DNA of 64,000 bases, taken from Octopus sinensis. Its lineage: Eukaryota. The notes under the pieces are model-generated. The model searched no databases. It worked only from the letters and a program-made list of their open reading frames with translations, and was not told where the DNA came from. The stretch is from positions 22,692,001 through 22,756,000 of the forward strand of contig NC_043000.1 of assembly GCF_006345805.1 (NCBI RefSeq). Reading direction: 5' to 3'. Positions 45,232 through 57,200 of the stretch are shown piece after piece (the first letter of the stretch is position 1; each line of letters starts with the position of its first letter). The translations under genes and the position numbers were made by a program.

Positions 45232-48200
45232 GTAATTATCTGTTACAAAATTGATGATTCCTACTTCTGGAAAAGCTATGATTTTAAATGAAAGAATGTC
45301 GTCTTTTTTTTCTTTTAACTTTATATATGACTTTGCTGCTATCACAACCGGTAATCTCTTATCGTTACTGTATTGCTTATCTAACGGTAAAAAGATTTCT
45401 GAGTAATTATCTTCAGAATACTGATCTCTTGTAATATATCATTTATATCTTCTATAAAATATTAGTTTATATTATTTTAGGGTAGAAAAAACCGTTGTTT
45501 ATTCACTTGTTGGGTTCGTTACCCTTCCTGTTGACCTTCAGCGCACCGTCTGTCGTCATATGACGCTAATACAATTGTTAAACTGTTTTGTTTACAATGT
45601 CTCGCTAACACACTTCAAATATAAATATTAGGTATATTTGCAGTTCATTGATACAAATTGTTGCAAAGATACTCTTGTTATTCATAGCGATTCCTTAATT
45701 ATTGCAAAGTTATTGAAACGAAGAAGTTTGTTCGTTGGTTGCATCAATGACGTCTTAGCATTTATTTTAAATATCTATTAAAGCGTGATAATAAATGTTA
45801 ATATAAGAAATTGGAAGTTTTTTTCTTAATTAATTGTATGTGGTAGAAGAGTAATTGACCCGAAAGGAAAAAGAGGGACCTTCGCAAGAAGACCGGAAGG
45901 GGACGAGATGAGGTCACGTCGGCCAGCAATAGGTCAAGTCTTTCTTACGATATTTGTGGGCGAAATAAGACGTCGAGGTCTGCCACGGTGCAAGGGTAGG
46001 TGGAGTGGAATCAGTGATCACCAATCGGAATAATATTCACGCGCAAGGGGCTGCGGAAATGGTGATTAAGCGTCGCCTGGGAATCCTAAGGGAGCTAGCT
46101 GCCGAATTTGGCCTGGAGTTGTATGTGAATTACGTGCCCTTGGAAAAGAATAAGGCGGACATTTCAACTAGAGTGAAAAAACACTGGTTGGAAAGAGTAG
46201 AGGATGTTCCAAGTGGAGTAGCAGCGGTTTGTTGGCTGGAGGACACAGAACTGAGGAGGCTGCACAACATGCACCACATAGGGGAGTTGACAGGATGTTG
46301 TTTTTGGCTAGGACAGTTGACCCCAATGTCACCGGGGATAGCGTTTGGAGGATAGTGGGGAATTGCAACAGGTGCTAATCCATCGATCCTGCCCTGTGTA
46401 CACACGAAACCGGAATAATTCAAGTGGAAGGACTCTGGAAGAGGCTTGCTGTTGACGTGACACACTGTCGGGGAAATGTGTACCTTTCAACGGTTGACTA
46501 TGGACAGCAAATGGCTACATGGAAAGAAATCAGGGTGGAGACTGCTGCTGAAGTTGCAGAAGTGCTGAATGCTGTGTTCTTGGAAAGGGGATCCATAGAT
46601 GGGTTGTTGATGGACAACAGCACAGTTTTTCTTTAGTCTTGGTTTTGTTCTTATTCATGTCTGACTGGTTCAGAGCTGCATCGATATTTTTCGATATTAT
46701 TATTATTAACCACTAAGCTATATACCTTAGGAATGAGAACCCAGGTTCGAAATTTCCCCAAGACACCTGATGAAGACTGGAGGGTATATCAGCCTAAATG
46801 TTGTGTTAACAACAAACAAGATGAGGACAAATATCCATCAAATGTAAATAATGTACATAATTCCCCATCTCTTAAATATAGAACTGTATTACCCATGTTT
46901 TTCTTCGTAAACATCGACAATCTATTTATCACCACTGCCAACAACATCTAATACTGTGCATGTGATGCCACTCTTCATTACTCTTTAATGTTCTATATTC
47001 AAGCAGGATTATCCATGTGCTGGGCCTCTTACATCAAATCTACTCTACCTCCATGAACATAGATTTCAGAAGCGGTCTCCAATGGGGGTCATATCAATCT
47101 TGTTTCGGTCAATAGTTAAAAAGCACTATCACTGCCCTTATCAAGGAAACACTCATTTAGCTTCTTTCTAGTCATAAATAACACACAACTAAACCCTAAG
47201 TTGCTACAAATGCTAAACCTCACTGTCTCTGATGATCTCTCCAGAACTGTATTTCCAAAGATTGGTCTTTCCTCTTTAGGGCTAGAAAATGCTTTAGTTG
47301 CTAATTCTCTAAAAGGTTCAAGTAATGCTCCAGTGTGTGCAGCATCCGCATCTTTCTGATTCATCCCCTGAAAAGACATGGATGCTCAGTAACACTTCAG
47401 CTTATGGCCCCATATATACTGTGTTTTTGCTCTGCCTTTTTTATTTTTTTACTTTGGATTATCAGTCAGTTTTGTGTTGCCTCTCTGCAGGCTCTCTTAA
47501 CTCAGGTACCTAATCCTATTTAGTATTGGTACCCTCTCTCCTGATCCTGCATTAATTACTACATTCCATTTTCCTTTTAAATATGTCTGAAAAAGTGATA
47601 TGTTCTTTATGAGTAAGTGGAGACAGTGTAAGGAAGGTAAGATAAATAATAAAAAAAACTGAAGAAAACTGTGGTTGGTTAGTAATTAGTCTGATCTAAC
47701 TCTGTTAGGGTTTGACCATAAATACCATACAAGTTCATAAATTAAAAAATAAATCCATCTTTACTTTATTGCTGTATTAATTTTGTTTGTAAAATTCTTT
47801 ATATTTTGTAGATGAACATATCAATGTTAGCTTCAAGGGAATACACAGTAGCTTCTCTCAACCATCTCTGCATAGGACGCTCTTCATTGAATAAATTCAG
47901 TCTTCGGAGACCACATATTGCTCTTGCATCACCTTCTTTATTTAATTCTACAGATGCTGTGAACCAGGCTGCTCCAGCAACAACAGTAAGCTGTTCTTTT
48001 GTTTGTATATTTTCCAGTTTGTATTTAGTTATTATCGTATGGTTATACGTATTTTAAACCCTTTTGATACCCACCTGAAACCATCCTGTGCTACAAACTT
48101 CTTGTTTTGAAGTGAGCTAAACAAAATCTTACATCAAATCTTCAAAGTTAACTTACATTCCAAATAAGGGCTTCGAGCTGGTAGAACCATTAACACACCA

Positions 48201-51200
48201 GACAAAATGCTTAGTGACTTTTGTTTGTCTTTACATTCTGAGTTCAAATTCTACCAATGTCGACTTTGCTTTTCATCCTTTCAGGATTGATAAAATAGGC
48301 ACCAGTTGAGCCCAGGGGTCAATGCAATTGACTTAGCCAGTTTCCCTGAACTTGCTGACCTGGCGTTGAAAATTTGAAACCAGTTTATGTTCTAACTAAC
48401 AATTTAATATCAACAAAATTATTTAACTAAATTTTTCATTATTTTCAAAATGAATTCAAACAAAAGCAACGTAATTAGAAAAGAAATGGTAGCAAAAGGT
48501 AGTCAGTAATTTTGATTAACTTTCATCATTATACGTCTGTTTTCCATGCTGGCATGAGTTGGACAGTTTGACTGAGGTCTGGAGAGCCAGCGGCTGCACC
48601 AGGCTCCAATCTGATTTGGTAAGGTTTCTACAGCTGGATACCCTTCCTAACGCCAACCACTCTGTGAATATAGTGGGTGCTTTTTATGTGCCATGGGTAC
48701 AGGAGCCAGTCGGGCGGGCCTGGCATCAATCACATTTGGATAGAGCTTTTTACGTGCCACTAACACAAGAGCCAGTCAGGGGGCACTGGCATTGACCATG
48801 TTTGGATAGTGCTTTTTATGTGCCACCAGCACAAGAGCCAATCAGTGGGTACTGGCATCGGCCATGCTGATATAGCTGCAAGCTTCTTTTCCCATTACTC
48901 TGTTCAATAATGTTTTTCCACAGACTGTTACAAATTCTTATTCTTGAGATTCTGTAACATTCAAAGTAAACTCTATCTGGAAAATAGAACTGTTTTTCCA
49001 GAGAGGTTGATATGTCTTTTACTTTATATACTTTTTTCAGTCATTGGACTGCGACCATGCTGGGGCACCACCTTGTAGAGTTTTTTTAGTTGAATGAATC
49101 AATTATTATTCTATCAGTCTTTTGTGCTGAACCAGTTGCCAAGTGATGGTTGAGGACAAACACACACAAAGGGCTTTCAGTTTCTGTCTACCAAATCCAT
49201 TCACAAGGCTTTGGTCAGTCTAAGACTATAGAAGAGGACACTTCAAAGTTCCACACAGTGGGACTGAACCCGGAACCATGTGATTGGGAAGCAAACTTCT
49301 TACCACACAACCATGCCTCAGAATATTTAATGCTTGAACTCAATACTTGTTGGTCAGAATTACTTCAATATAACTCTTACCTCTTATTAATATATAATAA
49401 TATTTCTTTCCAGGACAGTTTAACAAGCAGCTTACCTGCAGGGTACATTCCAGAACCACCGCCTCTACCATTACCACCAGTAGAAACATTGAATGCATTA
49501 GGAGAACCTACCTTCACTAGCCTGGGCCTGGCCTCCTGGACACCAAGTGGTTTGGTACAAAGTGCTTTGGAAACGCTTCATGTCAGTGTTGGTCTGCCAT
49601 GGTGGGGATCAATTGTTCTAGGTAAATCCTTGTCTCTTTCTTTAGCAACAGAAATATTTCTTTCCTTGTGTGGCAAGTGAACAGCATGAGAAGTGCGTAA
49701 GGAGTCTGGTGACGCTTGGTTCAGTGAGATAAAAGATATTGAATGTTGAAGGCCAATGATTCAGTGGATGCATAATTGTTAGCCTCCCTTTTCCCATCTG
49801 ATGTCCTTTGTCATCATTGACTACGATGGATGAAGTAATGAAATGTGAGCCTGTCGATCAATGATGGATGAAGTAATGAAATTTGAGCCTGTCGATCAAT
49901 GATGGATGAAGTAATGAAATGGTCGCTATTTCTACACAAATTGCACGTTTTAATTCATCAATAGATCGAGGGCGATGACCAGATACTTTTTGATTTTAAA
50001 TATCCCCACAAGAAGAAATCACATTTCACCATTCCAGAAGAAATGATCCATAGAGTTATTGATAACTTTCATGAACGTCTCCAACAGTGTGTTGACAATG
50101 ATGGGAAGCATTTAGCTGATTTAATTTTTAAAATTTAATGAAATAAAATGGCATTATATGTTCATTCAGAAAATAAAACTTTTCTTTTCATTATTTCTTA
50201 TTTTATTAAACTTCCAAATGTGTCAGATCATTTTGGTCCACCCTGTATTTCAATTAGCTGAGATAGTTGACATCTGCAATGTTTTTACAGAACTCATCAG
50301 ACCTCTCTTCATAGTTTTTATGCTTTGGGACCTAATTACAGCAAATGTAGGGAGACCTCTAAGAAACTAACATATATTAATACCATGAATGTAGCACAGG
50401 TAAATCCAAAGACCCAGTCTTCAGTAAAATGATTTTATTCTCGTTAAACATTTCAAGATTTATTTTCCCTTGCATTCTCTAAATGAGGAACTTTTATGTT
50501 CCATATTCTTCATTTGAAACTAATTCCTGTTGCAATCTTTTTCATTTGTTTATTTTCTTTAGGTACAATTATTGTTCGAATGTGTATGTTCCCTATTGTG
50601 GTCATGGCTCAGAGGAATTCTACCAACATGAGCAACCACATGCCTACTATTATGCGTCTACAACAGAACTTCTCTGATGCTCGCTTGAGTGGCAACCCTG
50701 TTGAAGGTAAGCTCTTCCCAGATCACTATTAGTGATTGAACCCATAATTCCAACCCTTATTTAACATGTCTTCCTGATATGTTGTATTGCCATAAGGTTT
50801 CAATTAACTTGAGCATCATTATTTCTGTTGATTAAAAATACAAATGTCTATACCTGTTTGTAACTACAAAGCTATGCAAATGTGATATGATGACATGTAG
50901 AGTTGAAAATTAAATTATGAATTAAAAGCAGTTCCAGTAATGTAAACATTGGGTGCACATACATAAGTGTTTGAGTTTTATTTACATTTCCATTTGCTGT
51001 GGGATAGTATCTGGGGAAAGCTCTCCTACATGGCACTAAGTGTCAATGGCTGAGGTCATTCGAAGCAAGTTGTCTCACCTGATCTGGGACATTTGATTAC
51101 CGTAAATCCTCGAGTATAGTCCACTCTTGAGTATATTATGCATTGGATTTTTAGGGGGCTGTGTCTCTGAAAAACCTAAACCCTTCTCTAACTTGAGTCG

Positions 51201-54200
51201 TGCGTAATTAAGCCAGCAGCACCTAGTTGAACAAACACTTCGCGCATGCGTAATACAATAATGGTGATGTTCTTAACTGTTATATGGGAATGTAAATATG
51301 TTTGCAAATTGTTTTTGTTACATGTTATTCTGTGTTCTGAATACTTTTATTTTAATAAATGTTGCTTACTGCAAGTTATGGATGATTCTTTTATGACTTC
51401 ATTGCTTTCAGGCTTAGCTTAAGGTATTTTCATACCCGACATCACAAAATGTGTCTGAATAAACATTGCCAGACAGCAAATAGAGACTCGGACATTGCTT
51501 AGAAAATATTTTTCATTTTTAACCACATATATAGTACACACTAGGGATTTTGACCTTTAAATTTTGGGAAAAAAATGTGGATTATACTCAAGGATTTACG
51601 GTATTCTTTAACTTTCAGCATCTTGTAGTGAGCTTTTTCAAATGTTGTTGTGCAGCAAATAGGTACATAAATAAACACATACACAATGTATGTGCAATCA
51701 ATATACTTTATGTATAGCTTTATTGATGCAGTATCTGTTATGTGGTAGAGGCTTATGCCAGTGATGTGTAACTGGTATGTAAAAAGTATCGTTTGAACGT
51801 TGGACCTCATGGAGGTGATGACAGGCGACCGAGACCTTTGGCAATACACCTTTTTTGAGAAGACCTGTCAAGCCAAGTGAGATAGCAGTCATGGCTGATG
51901 CTGGTGTGACGTAATTGGCACATGTGCCGGTGGCACATAAAATGCACCTGTTACACTCTTGGAATGGTTGGTGATAGGGAAGGGCATCTAGCTGTAGAAA
52001 CCATACCAAGTCAGATTGAAACCTGGTTACCAGTTCTCAGTCAAATTGTCCAACCCATGCCTGCATGGAAAACGGATGTTAAATGATGATGATGATGATG
52101 AATATTGCTTGATAATTGCAAGGCACATTCTTTCTAAAATTCTTGTACTATTTATTTTACCCATTAGCTACGCTTGCTGGCAACGAACTAATGGAGTATA
52201 TGAAACGCAACCAAGTGAAACCCTTTCGCAACTTTCTTGTCCCATTAGCACAGGTATGTAAAATTAACGATAATACTGTTTCAAATTTATTATTTTTAAA
52301 ATATTTTTTTTATGCTATTAATATTTGCCACTTTTTAAAATTTAATTTTATATCACACTTGGTGAACAATAAGTTCATTGGCAAAGGTTTCTGATGAGGT
52401 AGTAGCTGGTTCACAGTATTTCCAAAGTTGAGTGTGACTTGGGAGTGTCTGTGTAACTAGGTGCAGAGCAAATATCACCAGGGACCTCATTGGATAAGCT
52501 GCACTTTTCGTGTTTTTTAAACCTATCTTTGTCAGTATACATCTGTGAAATGTATACATATATATGATGGCCTTCTGCCTACTTTCCATTTATCAAATTC
52601 CGCTCTTAAGGCATTGGTCAATCTGACATTGTATTAAGCGATACCTACCCAAGGTGCCATGCAGCAGGATTGAACCTGAAACCATGTAGGTGTGAAACGA
52701 ATTTTTTAGTTCATCAAAAAAAAAAAAGAAATCAAATGGAAATTGTATTTGTGATACCTGTGCTGGTGGCATGTAAAAAGCACCATCTGAATGTGGCTGA
52801 TTCCAGTGCCGCATTGACTGGCTTCCATGCTGGTGGCACATAAAAAGCACCAACCGATCGTGGCCGTTGCCAGCCTCCCCTGGCCCCTGTGCCAGTGGCA
52901 TGTAAAAAGCACTTACTACACTTACGGAGTGGTTGGCATTAGGAAGGGCATCCAGCTGTAGAAACACTGCCAGATCAGACTGGAGCCTGGTGCAGCTTCC
53001 TGGCTTCCCAGACCCTGGTCGAACCGTCCAACCCATGCCAGCATGAAAAATGGATGTTAAACAATGATGATGATGAAGATTTGTGAGATTTTGTTGGTAG
53101 GTATCTATATATCTATGATAAGGTGCAATTCATGGCTGCAATCAGTGGGATCACTGTATGTCTGAAGAGTGCTTGGTTAGCAATATAGATTCAATGAGTG
53201 AATAGGTGCAGGCATGGCTGTGTTAAGAAGCTTGCTTCCCAACCACATGGTTTCAGGTTCAGTCCCACCGTGTGGATCCTTGGGCAAGTGTCTTATATTA
53301 TAGCTCTGAGCTGACCAAAATCTTGTGACTGGATATGGTAGACAGAAATTGAATTAATCCCATTCTATGTGTGTGTGTGTTTATCCTTCTCTTGACATCA
53401 TGTGGTTGTTGTAAATGAGTACCACTGTCATACATGCAGTGTCATTTATTTTCAGTGTTCTGGCCATGGGGAAATATTAACTGGCTTGGAAAACAGGTAA
53501 GGATTGGTTCCAGGAAGGACATTAAGCTGTAGAGAATTTGCCTCTGTAAACTCTGTTCAATCCATGCTAGCATGGAAAAGTGGACTTTAAAAACAATGAT
53601 GATGATGTTGATGATCTGTCTTTTGATTTCCAATTGTAATTGTAGTTTTTTTTTTGTTTCTTTATTTAGATGCCAGTTTTCTTATCTGTCTTCATTGGTC
53701 TGCGAGGGATGTGTAACCTTCCCGTGGAAAGTTTGACCACTGGTGGCATTCTGTGGTTCACTGATCTCTCTCTGGTTGACTCCTATTATGCTTTACCACT
53801 GCTCACTGTGACAACATTCTTAGCCACCATAGAGGTATGAACATTTCTTACTTTGTCTTCATATTAGATTCAGTTTTGTGGCTTGCTAGAGTCCTCTGCT
53901 GGTGCCACATAAAAATGCTCTTGCTGGTTCCACGTTTAAAGCACCCAGCACACACTGTAAAGTGGTTGGCATTAAGAAGGGCATCCAGCCATAAAAACCA
54001 AGCCAAATCAGACTGGAACCTGGTGCAGCTCTCCGGCATGCCAGCTCTGGTCAAACTGTCCAATCCATGCCAGGATGGAAAACAAATGTTAACCCTTTCG
54101 TTACCAACCTCGCTGAAACTGGCTCTGGCTCTGAGTACAAATGTCTTGTTTTCATAAGTTTTGAATTAAAATCTTCCACCAACCTTAGTCACAATTTATG

Positions 54201-57200
54201 TTCCTAACACTAGCTGAATGATAACCAAGTTATTTTACTAAATTCTTTGTTTTATCTAAAATTAATTGAAAGAAACACAGAGCATCTCAAAATAAATATG
54301 GTAACGTAAGGGTTGAGCAAAGTCACATTCACAGTAAAATAGTAAACTTAGTCACAATTTATGTTCCTGACACTAGCTGAATGATAACCAAGTTATTTTA
54401 CTAAATTAAATGAAAGAGACACAGAGCATCTCAAAATAAATACAGTAACGAAAGGGTTAAAGGATGATGATGATGAAGTACAAATGGATGGAGGAAAAGT
54501 ATGATAAAGCAATACCCAGCTTTACCTGATTTATAGAAAGTATAAAAAAATATCATATACCCTATGACCGTAAAAAGATGTACCACCATGCAAAATTTCA
54601 GCTGTGTAGCTTGTAGGTCACAAAACTGTGACCTACAACCTAGGTGAAAATCTAAAACTTCTAAGAAATGTGACTGTCAAAGCTTTTCTAGAGCAAAAAT
54701 CTAGATTCTTTTATTCAATGGATTACTCAAGAATGCCAATCTCTAAACTGTTGTAACTTTCTATGCCAACCAGTACATTTACTCTGATTCTCTCTTCACT
54801 ATTTTGGCTAAGGTGAAGTCCATTCTTAACTGAGGAGATCATAATAAAACAAAGATATCTAGAATAATTTTGAAATTAATGAAGAATTTAGTATTAATTT
54901 GGTGTTTGTAACATAAATTTATATGAAATTTTGATTGCAGGTTCCAACTTACATAAATTTAAATAGGAAGTTGGCATAGTAGAATCAGGTGATCTCAAGT
55001 TGCTATCAAAATGTTAATGTGATTGTCAGTGGCTTGTGTATAAGAATAGTTAAGAAGTTGGAATGTAAAGTGTAGCTGGAACAATAGAGATGTGAAACGA
55101 GAGATTTAAGTAGATGTGTCCTAGTGTTAGGAGGTGATGAATGTAGTCAATTAGATCAAAGTCTTAGAGGAAGAATACGCTTGCAGAAGGCTTTTCAACG
55201 TTGAACAGACATTGTTTCTTGATTCAAGTTTTGATATTGTATCTGAAGACTTTTACAACAGCAGTTGTATGTCTTATTTTTCAAGTTGATTTTAAGAGTT
55301 TTATTAAAAATCTTTTCGACATGCCTTGAAAATATTATTTTTGAAAGTGGAACTTATTCTCCACTTTCTCATGAAATAACATATATTCTTGTTTGTTAAT
55401 GTTCTAATGAGTTATTGAGGAGTAGTGTTAAAGAATCTATGTATATAAATGTAGAAACATACAATTTTCATTCAAGCTTGTTTGATGTATGTTTTGTTAT
55501 TTTATGCAAATTTTGTGAGTTAGTAGTTTTTTGCCTTCATGTCTATATCATGCTAATTTCCAAATATCTCTTATTGCAGCTTGGTGTTGATGGTGTGAAA
55601 GCTGGAACCATGTCTCACACAATGAAGTGGGCCTTTCGACTGATGCCTGTTGTTCTGTTCCCCATTATTTCAGGATTTCCATCGGTTTGTACTGAGATAT
55701 TTTTCTATATCTTCAAAATCTCTGTTTACATTTCATTCAGTGATATACTGTAGACTTTATCTGAGTTAGAACCCCACTGTTCTATTTACGAGGTCATATG
55801 TGCCTAAATATGTCTGGAGAAGCACCTTCTCTTTTACTCTTTACTCTTTTACTTGTTTCAGTTACACATACACACATATACTCACACAGTTGAAATGCTG
55901 ATTTTTTTTTCACCCCTTCCTTCCTTATTCATCTATTACCCCTTCCTTTCTCATTACTATTACTTTCTCTCACTACTTCTCCTTCACTGAATTACTATTT
56001 TCTCTCCTCTGCTTCTGATGTGATTCTGGAAAAAAAACACATACACACACATACGAATATATAAAAATACTACGCTCAATATTATGTTAAGAGATTGTAT
56101 AAAATTTGTCATGCTTGTTGTAAATTCGTTTTGATCAAGAAGGGCAAGGTTGTGTAAATGGGAGCAAGAGAGTTGATGAAGCAGGGCCGTGGGGGACAGA
56201 GCACATTAGAGGAAACTGTCATGGCACCTGCTAACCTCTGCTTTAGTCAGAGAAAATGATCTTAAAATGCTTGATGTGTTGTACATTCCTTGTAGCTATT
56301 TCTGTAACTTGGAAGATATGGATTAACAATCTGCAATGTTTCTTTAACCCTTTCGTTACTCTATTTATTTTGGGATGTTCTGTGGTTCTTTCAATCACTT
56401 TAAATATAACAAAGAATTTAGTAAAATGTGATTGTTACTACGAGTGTGATCGTTACCAGCATCACTTTACTGGCACCTGTGCCAGTGGAATGTGTAAAAG
56501 ACTCAAGCGAGCTCATTGCCAGTACCGCCTGACTGATCCTGTGCCGGTGGCATGTAAAAGCACCCACTACACTCTCGTAGTGGTTGGCGTTAAGAAGGGC
56601 ATCCCGCTATAGAAACTCTGCCAGATCAAGATTGAAGCCTGGTGCGGCCATCTGGTTCGCCAGCCCTCAGTCATTTGTCCAACCCATGCTTGCATGGAAA
56701 GCAGACGTTAAACGATGATGATGATAAACTTAGTTATCATTAAGCTAGTGTTAAGAACATAAATTATGTCTAAAGTTTGGTGGAAGACTTTAATTCAAAA
56801 CTTACGAAAACAAGACATTTGTACTGAGAGCCAGAGGCGGTTTCAGTCGGGTTGATAACGAAAGGGTTAAAGAAAAGTGAAACTAGTAGTTAGATTCAAG
56901 TTGTTGACAGTTTTGTTAATTACAGAGCTTAATTTTTCCATAAAGGGAAAATGTGTAATTAAAGAGTTGAAACAGTTATTGCAAAGGTACCTTTGATGTA
57001 TTTTTCCTTTTTAATTTTTTCCAGGCTATGCTGTGTTACTGGTTTACATCTAACACATTTTCACTGATCCAAGTTTTATTTCTCAAGATCCCATCTATCC
57101 GAAGTTATTTGAATATTCCAGTGCTTGTTAAACACGACCAGTCAGGCATCCGGAAGAAGGGATTTATTGAAGGATTCAGAGAAAGTGAGTATTCTTTAGT

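Noticed and set aside
47229-47250. CTGATGA as another hammerhead
   Set aside because: No GAAA or helices; it is the SDD codons of the LINE relic.
49826-49922. 38-bp tandem triplication (ATGATGGATGAAGTAATGAAAT..)
   Set aside because: Short local slippage next to a transposon relic; no further structure.
51105-51250. GCGCATGCG motif in OXA1L intron 4 as an internal promoter
   Set aside because: Follows TA|CCGTAAATCCTCGAGTATA, a pogo/Tigger-like TIR, so it is probably transposon sequence.
51412-51423. 12-nt poison micro-exon candidate in OXA1L intron 4 (CAG|GCTTAGCTTAAG|GTATTT, in-frame TAA)
   Set aside because: Weak donor; exons 4 and 5 already join in register with the family; no evidence of use.
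51375-51462. C/D snoRNA-like segment (GGATGAT ... CTGA with TTAT/ATAA ends)
   Set aside because: Box C is non-canonical and no guide complementarity was recognised.
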